Part shown: in pieces, positions 49,143-57,775 of the stretch
How positions within the stretch are numbered: the first letter of the stretch is position 1
Layout: each line of letters starts with the position of its first letter
NCBI GenBank assembly: GCA_950097035.1
Contig: CATNDT010000002.1
Span: 1-58,540 of the forward strand
DNA: 58,540 nucleotides
Direction of reading: 5' to 3'
DNA from: an uncultured Oscillibacter sp.
GTDB taxonomy: Bacteria; Bacillota; Clostridia; Oscillospirales; Oscillospiraceae
Program-made: the position numbers and the translations under genes
The notes under the pieces: generated by a model
Seen by the model: the letters and a program-made list of their open reading frames with translations, nothing else
What the model was told of the DNA's origin: nothing
The model's database searches: none

Positions 49143-49982
49143 TCAGGTGACAATGTCAAAGTCCTTGATAATCAGCACCTCCGTCAGGCTGTCAAAGTCG
49201 GCCGCAGGGGCTAAAATAGCGTAGGAGGCCGCGCCGGAGTCATCCATCAGGATCTCTTCGATCCGGCCAATCACCAGACCGGAGGGGTAATACCCCCCCA
49301 GGCCGGAGGTCTGCACCAGGTCGCCGCCCAGCAGCTGGCAGCCGGCAGGCAGCAATTCCAACCGGAGTCGCTGCCGCTCCATCAGGGAGAAGTCGCCCAC
49401 CGCCAGGCCCAGGTCTTTGGTGCGAAACACCTGGGCGCCCAGAGAGGTATCCGTGTCCACAAGGGTCAGCACCGTGCACCAGTTAACGCCCACGTCCCGA
49501 ACCACACCCACCAGATTTCCGGTGCCGTCCACCACCGTGTCGTTCAGCGCCACACCGTGATTGGTGCCCTTGTTCAGCGTCAGGGAGGATGTCCAGTTGG
49601 TCACGGCGTGCTCTGTGATAATGGCGGTTTCAAAGTCAAAGTCCCGCCGCTGCTGCTGCAGGTCCAGCGCGTCCCGCAGGATCTCATTTTCCTTGCTGTC
49701 ATCCTCCGCCTGGCGGAGTTCAGCCTCCAGCTGAGCCACGTGCTTTCGCAGCGCGGCGTTCTCCTCCAGCAAGGCGGTGGTGTCCCGGTAGTAGTTCTGC
49801 TTGTCGTTAAACCAGGAGGCCACTGCGGTGTAGGCGGAGCGAAAAGGAGAGACCACCGCGTTCACGGCGTTTACCAGCGGTGCGGAGGTGGTGCTGAAAA
49901 AGGACATGGCCGCCAGCGTCACAGAGATCACCGCCGCGGCAAACAAGATCCAAAGGCCGTTGTTTTTCAGGAAATTTTTCAA
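49143..49982 (-). CDS. mreC: Rod shape-determining protein MreC
   Basis: N-terminal TM, coiled coil (EENAALR..ENEILRDAL), LNKGT.HGV, TSGLGGYYPSGLVIG. Confidence 0.95.
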   Translation of the reverse strand: MKNFLKNNGLWILFAAAVISVTLAAMSFFSTTSAPLVNAVNAVVSPFRSAYTAVASWFNDKQNYYRDTTALLEENAALRKHVAQLEAELRQAEDDSKENEILRDALDLQQQRRDFDFETAIITEHAVTNWTSSLTLNKGTNHGVALNDTVVDGTGNLVGVVRDVGVNWCTVLTLVDTDTSLGAQVFRTKDLGLAVGDFSLMERQRLRLELLPAGCQLLGGDLVQTSGLGGYYPSGLVIGRIEEILMDDSGAASYAILAPAADFDSLTEVLIIKDFDIVT

Positions 49983-50001
49983 AGACAGATCCCCTTCTAC
50001 T

Positions 50002-50586
50002 CTATTCCAGAAGCGACACGCCGAACTGCGCCAGCATCCGGCTCAGGCGCAGCAGCGGCAGGCCCATCACATTGAAAAAGTCGCCGCTGATCCGCTCTAC
50101 CAGCAGAGCTCCCCGGCCCTGAATGCCATAGGCCCCGGCCTTGTCCATAGGCTCGCCGGTTTTGATGTAGGCCAGCAGCTCCGCCGGTGAGGCGGCGCGG
50201 AAAAAGACATCCGTGGACTCGGACTCCGTGAGGGAGCGGCCGCCCTGCCGAAGGGTGACGCCGGTGCAGACCGTGTGGCGCCGCCCCTGCAGAGCGGTGA
50301 GCATCCGCAGGGCGTCCGCCGCGTCTGCGGGCTTGCCCAGGCGCTGGCCGCCCAGAAACACCATGGTATCTGCGGTGATAAGGATCTCATCCGGGGTGCA
50401 GAGCTCTGCGGCGGCGTTTGCCTTCACCCGGGAGATATGCTCCACCGTCTTTTGGGGCGTAAGATCCGGAGGACAGGTCTCCTCTATTTCCGGTACCCGA
50501 ATATCAAAATCCGCAATGCCGATGCGCCGCAGCAGCTCTTGCCGGCGGGGGGAGGCGGAGGCCAGTACGATCCCTGCCATGGCCAT
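50002..50586 (-). CDS. maf: Maf nucleoside triphosphate pyrophosphatase
   Basis: LASASPRR.ELL, ADTMV, LGKP, EPMDKAGAYGIQG, NVMGLP. Confidence 0.96.
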   Translation of the reverse strand: MAMAGIVLASASPRRQELLRRIGIADFDIRVPEIEETCPPDLTPQKTVEHISRVKANAAAELCTPDEILITADTMVFLGGQRLGKPADAADALRMLTALQGRRHTVCTGVTLRQGGRSLTESESTDVFFRAASPAELLAYIKTGEPMDKAGAYGIQGRGALLVERISGDFFNVMGLPLLRLSRMLAQFGVSLLE

Positions 50587-50589
50587 CCG

Positions 50590-51021
50590 TCACTTTCCGG
50601 TGGAGCCGAACCCGCCCCGGTCGGGGCCGTCCATATGCTCCACCCGGATAAATTTCAGGGGCGGCTGGTTTTTCACGATGCGGAACTGGCAGATGCGGGC
50701 ATTCTGCTCAATGGTCACATCCCGGGTGGCGTAGACAGGCAAAAACCACTGGTCATGCTCTCCCCGATAGGTGTAGTCCACCACGCCGATAGAGTTGGCC
50801 TGCAAAATGCCGTAGTTTTTAAACGTGGAGCTGCGGGGGGCCACATGGGCCTCGTAGCCCTCCGGCAGAGCAATGGCCACTCCCAGAGGGATCAGGCGGA
50901 ATCCCCCCGCCTGCAAAACCACCTCTTCGGCGGCGTGCAGATCGATCCAGTCGGATTTTCCAGCCACATAGCACAGCTCGTCGATGGCGTCTGTAAAATA
51001 TTTTACCTTCAATTCTTCCAT
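50590..51021 (-). CDS. dut: dUTP diphosphatase (trimeric)
   Basis: SDWIDL, PRSS, GVVD.TYRG, RICQ, RGGFGSTG. Confidence 0.95.
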   Translation of the reverse strand: MEELKVKYFTDAIDELCYVAGKSDWIDLHAAEEVVLQAGGFRLIPLGVAIALPEGYEAHVAPRSSTFKNYGILQANSIGVVDYTYRGEHDQWFLPVYATRDVTIEQNARICQFRIVKNQPPLKFIRVEHMDGPDRGGFGSTGK

Positions 51022-51090
51022 ATAAAACCCCAAGAAATAAACGTTGTGTATTCAATAAATCAAAATATACAATTTGTATTTCAAAATTTC

Positions 51091-53169
51091 CTATTCCACG
51101 CCCCGTCTGTAAAGGCCGCGGGTAAATTCGCCCGCCGCAGGCCTGCCGGCCAGATAATCCTGAAACACCCGGAGGCAGGTTTCCGGCGGCTCGGTGGTAA
51201 AACGCAGGCGGGCGTAGGCCAGACCCAGCCGCCGGTAGTCCGGCAGGTCAGCCAGCCAAAGGGTCTTGCTGTTTTCAATTTCTGTCCGGTGGCCGTAGGC
51301 CGCCAGCAAGGGAAAGGCGGAGCCGGTGCGGTCCCGCAGAAAATTGGGCCGGTCACAGCGGCAATTGCCGCTGTTTTCCGTCAGGCAGTTTTCCGTAATC
51401 ATCAGAGGCAGCCGCCCGTAAACAATGGCCTCTGTGGGCAGTGGCTTGCGAAGGTCCCGGATTTGGGAAAAACGCAGCTCAAAGGATACGCAGGCAGACT
51501 GAAGCCCCTTTCGTCGCAGATAGTCCAGAGAGCGGCTGTTAAATACATTCAGTCCAAAATCGCCGAAAATATACAGTCCGGAATCAGAGACCAGAGGCAG
51601 ATGGCCGATATTGCCCGCCAGCACTCCGGTGACGCCCAGGGCGGCGGCATGGTCCAGCCAGGACCGCAGCCGGGGCTCGTCCCGGTCCCGCCAGACGCGG
51701 GGCAGCACGGCACACCAGTCCGTCTCGCCCGGAGGCAGAGCGGAGAGGGAGGCCAGCGCCTCCAGAGGCACGTAGACACGCGCCGGCCGGAGGGCCAGCA
51801 ATTCGGGGGAGAGCTGCGACATGGCGGCCACGGAGACCGTCCACTTAAGGGTTGATGCGCTGCAGATGTCATCCGGCAGAGGAGGCGGCGGCAGCTCCCG
51901 CCGGAGAGGCGGGCGGGTCCGCGCCTCTGTCAGGGCGGAGAGCGCATCCCGCCGCAGGGCGTTGACGGCGCCGGCGGACAGGGAGAGACCCTCGTCCACC
52001 GCCGCGTCCGTCGCCTCGCAGACATAGGCGGTGCCGCCGGTCTTGCGGAGGCGGGCGCAGAGCTCCTCCCGGGTAAGGGCCCGGGTCCGGGCCGGCTCCG
52101 GCACGGGGCCGCTGACAGTAACGGTGTGCCCGTCACCGTCAGCGGCGGTCAGGGTACAGGGCAGGCCGGCGCGGACGCTGCAGGTGAAGCGCACCGGCAC
52201 AGTCCGAAGATCCTCCCGCTCATAGGCGGCCTTTGCCGCCGCAAACAGCGCCTGCGGCTCCGGGGCATTCTCCGGCCGGACGCCGAACATTTCCCCGCCG
52301 CGCCTGCCCCGCCAGTACCAGTCGGTAAAGCCGGAGCGGGAGAAGGCGGTTTCCAGTTCCCTGAGCTCGGCGGCAGAGGGCCCCCGGCCCTCCTGAATCA
52401 GGCGGGCGTAAATACGGGTGATCACAGCCACGTATTCGGGCCGCTTCATCCGGCCCTCCAGCTTAAAGCAGGCCACGCCCATTTCTTCCATGTCGGAAAG
52501 GTTGTCCGCCAGGCAGTTGTCCTTCAAGCTTAAGGGATAGCGCCCTCCGGCAGGCGCGTTGACGCCGTATGGCAGGCGGCAGGGTTGGGCGCAGCGGCCC
52601 CGGTTGCCGGAGCGGCCCCCGATGAGGGCGCTCATGGCGCACTGGCCGGAATAGCACATGCAAAGAGCGCCGTGGGTAAAGACCTCGATCTCCACAGGGC
52701 TGCGGCGGCAGATCTCCGCCGTGTCGGACGCGGAGCACTCCCGGGCCAGCACCACCCGGCAGCAGCCGTCCCTGGCGGCCTCCAGAGCGCCGCCGGAGGT
52801 GAAGATGCTCATCTGGGTGCTGGCGTGCAGGGGCAGGTCGGGCAGGCAGAGGCGCAGCAGATCGAGCAGCCCCCAGTCCTGCACCAGCACCGCATCTATC
52901 CCAAGGCGGCAGGCCGCCGCGGCGGTTTCCAGCGCCTGGGGCAGCTCCAGGTCGGTAACCAGGGTGTTGAGAGTTAAAAAGACCCGAACGCCCCGAAGGT
53001 GGCAATAGGCCAGGGCGGCGGCAAATTCCTCTCCGGAAAAGTTTTTCGCCCCCCGGCGGGCGTTAAGATCTCCCCAGCCCAGATATATCGCGTCCGCTCC
53101 GTTTTGCACGGCGGCCCGCAGCGACTCCGGGGAACCGGCGGGGGCCAGCAGCTCCGGATGGACCGTCAT
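51091..53169 (-). CDS. U32 peptidase-family protein, long form (RlhA-like rRNA hydroxylase)
   Basis: PELLAPAG, HASTQM, HGALCMCYSGQC..RGRCAQPCR (four Cys), KLEGRMK; long C-terminal extension. Confidence 0.9.
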   Translation of the reverse strand: MTVHPELLAPAGSPESLRAAVQNGADAIYLGWGDLNARRGAKNFSGEEFAAALAYCHLRGVRVFLTLNTLVTDLELPQALETAAAACRLGIDAVLVQDWGLLDLLRLCLPDLPLHASTQMSIFTSGGALEAARDGCCRVVLARECSASDTAEICRRSPVEIEVFTHGALCMCYSGQCAMSALIGGRSGNRGRCAQPCRLPYGVNAPAGGRYPLSLKDNCLADNLSDMEEMGVACFKLEGRMKRPEYVAVITRIYARLIQEGRGPSAAELRELETAFSRSGFTDWYWRGRRGGEMFGVRPENAPEPQALFAAAKAAYEREDLRTVPVRFTCSVRAGLPCTLTAADGDGHTVTVSGPVPEPARTRALTREELCARLRKTGGTAYVCEATDAAVDEGLSLSAGAVNALRRDALSALTEARTRPPLRRELPPPPLPDDICSASTLKWTVSVAAMSQLSPELLALRPARVYVPLEALASLSALPPGETDWCAVLPRVWRDRDEPRLRSWLDHAAALGVTGVLAGNIGHLPLVSDSGLYIFGDFGLNVFNSRSLDYLRRKGLQSACVSFELRFSQIRDLRKPLPTEAIVYGRLPLMITENCLTENSGNCRCDRPNFLRDRTGSAFPLLAAYGHRTEIENSKTLWLADLPDYRRLGLAYARLRFTTEPPETCLRVFQDYLAGRPAAGEFTRGLYRRGVE

Positions 53170-53495
53170 TTGCTCAGCCGCTCCAGCTTTTGTTCCAGCC
53201 GAAAGACCTCCCGCTTCAGCTCGCTGACTTCCATCCGGGCCTTTCCGGCCTCATCGGCATAGGTCTTGATCTGGCCCCGCAGCTGCTCCGCGGTCTCCTG
53301 GGCCTTCATCAGCTCATCGGTGATATTTACGGCGGTCAGCACGGCGGCATTGACCCGCCCCACCTTGGCAGTATCCAGGATTTCCTGCATTTTTCCATCC
53401 ACATAGGAGCCCACCCGCTGCATATAGGAGGGGGATTCCTCCGCCACAAGGGTATATGCCTCGCCGCAGATGTCAACGATTACCCGGTTTGCCAT
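53166..53495 (-). CDS. zapA: Cell division protein ZapA
   Basis: MANRV.V.ICG..YTL..YM..V..YVD.KM, AAVLTAVNI.DE, coiled-coil tail; RBS GAGGAGG. Confidence 0.9.
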   Translation of the reverse strand: MANRVIVDICGEAYTLVAEESPSYMQRVGSYVDGKMQEILDTAKVGRVNAAVLTAVNITDELMKAQETAEQLRGQIKTYADEAGKARMEVSELKREVFRLEQKLERLSK

Positions 53496-53725
53496 GAAAT
53501 ATGCCTCCTCTATGTTTTTTGCAGAGTAAACCCAATAATACAGCATAGAGTATAACACACAGCGGAAGATTGCGCCAGAAAAAAAGAGGATTTTTCCAAA
53601 AAATTTACAGCTGTCCATCAGGCGGGGGAGGGGGCCGGGATCCGTTCACCCGTTTAAATGAGGCTTGCCCTCCCCGAAAAATTCGTGTAGAATGGAGAAA
53701 CGAAAGACGGCGGAGGAGGCGTATC

Positions 53726-54661
53726 ATGGCGAGCATATTGATCCAGACCGGGGACGAGGGCGTCACCCTCACTGCCCAGGCGGTAAAGCGGCTGCTGGAG
53801 AGAGGCGATGGAGATGCGGCGCTTTTGTATTTGGCCCTGCTTCGCCACCGCGGCACGACTCAGCCCCGGTCTCTGGCGGGAGAGCTTCGGTGGGACCGGC
53901 CCCGCATTGAGGCCGCTGAGACGGTGCTTCGGGAGTTGGGGCTCATCGCCCCGGCGGCGGAGAGCCTGCCGCCGGAGCCGGCGGAGGAGCGGCCGGAGTA
54001 CCGCCAGGCGGATATTGCCGGGCGGCTGGAGCAAAACGCCGAATTCCGGGGACTCACCGCCGAAGTAGAGCGGAAGCTGGGCAAGAAGCTCACCGTCCCG
54101 GACGTGGGTATTCTTCTGGGCCTGAATGACTATCTGGGTCTTCCCGCCGATGTGATCTATCTTTTGGTGTGCCACTGCGCCGAGCGGGTGCAGCGGCAGT
54201 ACGGCGAAGGCCGCCGCCCCGCCATGCGGCAAATTGAAAAGGAGGGCTACGCCTGGGCCCGCCAGGGTATCGACACTCAGGCGGCGGCGGCCGCCTATTT
54301 GAAAAAGTATGCCCGGCGCCAGGGAGCCATGCCCCGGTATATGCGGGTGCTGGGGCTGGGAGACCGGATTCCGGTGGCGTCGGAAGAGAAGTATCTGGCG
54401 GCCTGGCAGGAGATGGGGTTTCCGCCGGAGACGGTGGCGCTGGCCTATGACAAAACGGTGCTGAAGTGCCATGAGCTGAAGTGGCCCTATTTAAACGGTA
54501 TTTTAAAGCGGTGGCACGAGGCCGGCATCCACACGCCGGAGGAGGTGCGCTCCGGCGACCGCGCTGCGGGAAAGGAACCGCAGTCAAGGCCGGCAAAGAC
54601 GGGAGAAGAGGATGTCGCCTGGATGAAAAAGTATATCCAGCGGCGGGATGAGAGGGAATAG
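53726..54661 (+). CDS. DnaD/DnaB-domain replication protein
   Basis: Two DnaB_2-like repeats (RQIEK...W...GIDT and YLNGILKRWHEAGIHT); RBS GGAGGAGG; promoter TTGCCC-N17-TAGAAT at 53665-53693. Confidence 0.85.
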   Translation: MASILIQTGDEGVTLTAQAVKRLLERGDGDAALLYLALLRHRGTTQPRSLAGELRWDRPRIEAAETVLRELGLIAPAAESLPPEPAEERPEYRQADIAGRLEQNAEFRGLTAEVERKLGKKLTVPDVGILLGLNDYLGLPADVIYLLVCHCAERVQRQYGEGRRPAMRQIEKEGYAWARQGIDTQAAAAAYLKKYARRQGAMPRYMRVLGLGDRIPVASEEKYLAAWQEMGFPPETVALAYDKTVLKCHELKWPYLNGILKRWHEAGIHTPEEVRSGDRAAGKEPQSRPAKTGEEDVAWMKKYIQRRDERE

Positions 54662-54720
54662 GGGCCTGAAGAGGACTCTGTTTGCAGTTTAGCGCCGGCA
54701 GGGCGCGGGAGGCGGAGAAA

Positions 54721-55716
54721 ATGGCCTACGACGGAAAGATCATGCGCCAGGCGATGCAGAAATACGAGGAGGATCGCCGGGTGAGGGAAGAGCGGTATCA
54801 GGAGCGGCGGGAGAGTATCTTTTGCCGTCAGCCCCGGCTGCGGGAGATCGACGGGGAGCTGCGCGCTGCCCTGGGGCAGATTGTCGCCGCGGCCTTTCGC
54901 CGGGGCGCGGACCCGGGGCCTGAGATGGAGCGGCTGAAGGTGAAAAATCTATCCTTGCAGCGGGAGCGGCAGGCGCTGCTGGGCAGGATGGGCCTGCCGG
55001 AGGACTGCCTGGAGGAGAAGCCTGCCTGCCCCCTGTGCGGAGACACGGGATACCGGGGCGGCCAGGTGTGCCGCTGCCTGCGGGGCTATTACGCCCGGGA
55101 ACAGCAACGGGAGCTGTCCCGCATGCTGGATCTGGGCGGCCAGAGCTTTGACACGTTTTCGCTGGACTGGTACTCTGAGGAGTATAATGCCGCGCTGGGC
55201 ATCTCTGCCCGGGAAAATATGGATGGGGTGCGCCGTTCCTGCCAAAGGTATGCGGAGAACTTTGGCCCTGGCAGCGGAAATCTGCTGCTTACCGGAAAAC
55301 CGGGGCTTGGCAAAACCTTCCTCTCCGCCGCCATTGCCCGGGAGGTGAGCGAGGAGGGCTGGTCTGTGGTATATGACACGGCGGTCCACGTTTTTTCAAG
55401 GTTTGAGGACTGGAAGTTTGGCCGGGAGCGGGAGCCGGACGCTCCCGGCGACGTGGAGCGGATCATGCACTGCGATCTTTTGATTTTAGACGATCTGGGC
55501 ACGGAGATGGCAGGGCCGGTGGTAGTCAGCGCGCTGTATCAGATCGTCAACGGACGGCTGCTGGAAAAGCGGTCTACGATTTTAAGCACCAACCTGGATG
55601 TGCGGGAGCTGGAACAGCGTTACTCGCCGCAAATCGCCTCCCGGATCGAGGGGGAGTATCAGATCCTGCCCTTTTTTGGCCAGGATATCCGTCAATTGAA
55701 AAAGGAGCGGGGATGA
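54721..55716 (+). CDS. DnaC/DnaI-like AAA+ helicase loader
   Basis: Zn motif CPLC..CRC, Walker A GKPGLGKT, Walker B LILDDLGTE, STNL, RIASR-like QIASRI. Confidence 0.88.
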   Translation: MAYDGKIMRQAMQKYEEDRRVREERYQERRESIFCRQPRLREIDGELRAALGQIVAAAFRRGADPGPEMERLKVKNLSLQRERQALLGRMGLPEDCLEEKPACPLCGDTGYRGGQVCRCLRGYYAREQQRELSRMLDLGGQSFDTFSLDWYSEEYNAALGISARENMDGVRRSCQRYAENFGPGSGNLLLTGKPGLGKTFLSAAIAREVSEEGWSVVYDTAVHVFSRFEDWKFGREREPDAPGDVERIMHCDLLILDDLGTEMAGPVVVSALYQIVNGRLLEKRSTILSTNLDVRELEQRYSPQIASRIEGEYQILPFFGQDIRQLKKERG

Positions 55717-55734
55717 TGCCGCCCAAAAAGAGAC

Positions 55735-55807
55735 GGCATAGACTGAAAAAACCAGACGCCGGGGACCTTTTATCAGATCCCGGCGTCTGGTTTTTTCAGT
55801 CTATGCC
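55735..55807. terminator. Bidirectional terminator formed by a perfect 29-bp inverted repeat
   Basis: GGCATAGACTGAAAAAACCAGACGCCGGG-N15-CCCGGCGTCTGGTTTTTTCAGTCTATGCC between convergent genes. Confidence 0.9.
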
Positions 55808-57576
55808 TCCGGCAAAAGAACGATTACCGGATTGGTGGGTGTGTCCTCAATGGGCGGTTCCACCGGAGTGAAGCCGTCATCCGGTGGAATGGTGATGACG
55901 GGTGTGTCGGAGCCCGGCTCTGTAACCGGTCCCGTGACCGGGGAGGAGGCCTCTGCGGGTCCCCGGAGAATGACGCGGTTGCGGGACTTGTAGTCGCTGG
56001 TGTCCTCAAAGGTGCTGGAGAGCAGCGTTCCGTCAGCGGCATAGACATGGCGGTAGGTCTTCACCCGATAGCCGGTATACGGTGTGGTCTTCACCACCTC
56101 TTCGCCGGGAGCCAGGGTGGGATCGTCCTCATACACCACGTCAAAGGGCGTGGAGGAGAGCGTCTCATAGGTCATTTTCACATAGGAGCCGTCTACATTG
56201 GTGCCCAGCAGCTGCACGGTGAGATAGCCGCTGTCGATGAAGGCGGCGATTTTGATGGGATAAGCGGTATTATTGGTAAACTTATAGTCCAGAGTGCCCC
56301 AGGATACCGTGGCGTCCATGCCCATGGTGATATAGGAGGGGACGTAGCGGTGGGCGTAGCGCTCGGTAATTTCCAGATTGGCCCGCAGGCAGGCTAAGTA
56401 TAGCGTGGAAGAGGGCTGGCACACGCCGCCGCCAATCACATCCACCGTCTCGCCCTGAACATAGGCCGGCGCCATCTGATAGCCTGAGGCCGCCGTACGC
56501 TTACCCACGGTTTCATTATAAGAGAATACGTCCCCGGCGTTCAGCACCGTGCCGTCAAAGGCGGCGGCGGCCAGCCGGACATTGTTGGTCCGTGCGGCGG
56601 TGCCGGTGAGCTTGGTGCGGGCCTCGCCCAGGACATCCCGGAACAGAACGGCCTCCAGCTCCTCCGCGGTTACGGCGGGCATCTGAATTTCGGCGGGGAT
56701 GCGAACGGTGGAGCCCGGCTCCGCGTCGTCCATAATGGACTGGGCGGCGGCCACGCTGAAATCGGCGCCCACCTGCTCGGGGATAATGGAGTCGGTCTCC
56801 GGGTCGTACCCGGCGTTTTTCACCTCGCCGCTGACCGCGTCGTGAATCTCCCTGGCGGTCATGGTCTTCTCCGGGGGAAGGGTCTCATAGGGAATGTCCA
56901 GAGCCAGGTCCATCTCCCAATATTTGGGCTCCAACCGCTCCTGGAGCGTCTTCTGATCCAGCTCCCGTCCGTCCATGGGAATCTGTACCAGCAGCGCGTC
57001 CTCCTCCACACTGTAGGAGGTGCTGACGGCGGACCAGGAGTTCTCGCTTGCGAGCTGTCCGGCGGCCTTTGCCGTCTTATCCGCATCCGTGCGAGTGTTG
57101 GCGGCGGCGCCATAGTAGGTGTTTCCCATGTTGGAGAGATAGCGCCACCCGGCGGTGAGGAAAGGGCCGGATTTAACCGCCTGCTCCGCGCCCGCCACCA
57201 GGGCGGGGACGTCGATCTCCGCCCCAAGGTCGGCCAGGGAAACGGAGGCGTCCGGCTCGCCGGAGTGGTCGGAGTAGGGATGTTCCGTTGCGCTGTCGTA
57301 AAAGTAGAGGCCGACCTCCATCTCCGGCAGGACGGCCTCCAGCTTCTGCACGGCCTGTTCGGCAGTCAGTCCGCCTATATCCTGTCCCAGAATATAGGTG
57401 TTTTTCCAGATAGCGGCGTTGCTGTTGGCATAGGCGCAAAGTCCCACATAAGCGCCGCCCATAATAGCCGCGGTGAGCCCAAGGGCAATCAGCGGCGCGC
57501 TGCCGGCGCCGTGTTTTTTCTGTAAGCGGGAGCCACCTGCTTTTTTTCCCACGGCTTCGTTTGCAATCTGTTCCAT
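55801..57576 (-). CDS. VanW-family cell-envelope protein with a G5-like domain and Pro/Thr-rich tail
   Basis: N-terminal TM; RTNNVRLAA, FSYNETVG, GGGVCQ.SSTLY, ERYAH, DATV, DYKF.N; RBS AGGAGG. Confidence 0.9.
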   Translation of the reverse strand: MEQIANEAVGKKAGGSRLQKKHGAGSAPLIALGLTAAIMGGAYVGLCAYANSNAAIWKNTYILGQDIGGLTAEQAVQKLEAVLPEMEVGLYFYDSATEHPYSDHSGEPDASVSLADLGAEIDVPALVAGAEQAVKSGPFLTAGWRYLSNMGNTYYGAAANTRTDADKTAKAAGQLASENSWSAVSTSYSVEEDALLVQIPMDGRELDQKTLQERLEPKYWEMDLALDIPYETLPPEKTMTAREIHDAVSGEVKNAGYDPETDSIIPEQVGADFSVAAAQSIMDDAEPGSTVRIPAEIQMPAVTAEELEAVLFRDVLGEARTKLTGTAARTNNVRLAAAAFDGTVLNAGDVFSYNETVGKRTAASGYQMAPAYVQGETVDVIGGGVCQPSSTLYLACLRANLEITERYAHRYVPSYITMGMDATVSWGTLDYKFTNNTAYPIKIAAFIDSGYLTVQLLGTNVDGSYVKMTYETLSSTPFDVVYEDDPTLAPGEEVVKTTPYTGYRVKTYRHVYAADGTLLSSTFEDTSDYKSRNRVILRGPAEASSPVTGPVTEPGSDTPVITIPPDDGFTPVEPPIEDTPTNPVIVLLPEA

Positions 57577-57683
57577 GAAGCCCCTCCTGTTGCTCATTCC
57601 TTCTGAAAAGAAACCTCCTGAAAAGGCCGGTCTCTTTCAGAATATATTCTATCACATTTGTGCTGAAAAAGAGGTTACAATCC

Positions 57684-57700
57684 AGTAACAATGAATAGGA
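57684..57700 (-). promoter_or_regulatory. WalR-type direct repeat upstream of the VanW gene
   Basis: TGTTAC-TGGAT-TGTAAC matches TGTWAH-N5-TGTWAH, just upstream of an extended -10 (TGaTAGAAT) with a poor -35. Confidence 0.6.
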
Positions 57701-57775
57701 GGGGAGGCAATAAAAGGATGTGACGGAATGCCGGCATAAATGGCCGGAAAACCGCGAAAAATGAAAGAAGGCAGA

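Noticed and set aside
53726-55716. Prophage replication module or IS21 IstB helper
   Set aside because: No integrase, transposase or phage genes nearby; the pair fits the chromosomal clostridial DnaD plus helicase-loader arrangement.
55801-57576. Vancomycin resistance locus
   Set aside because: A lone VanW-domain protein with no vanR, vanS, vanH, ligase or vanX/vanY genes.
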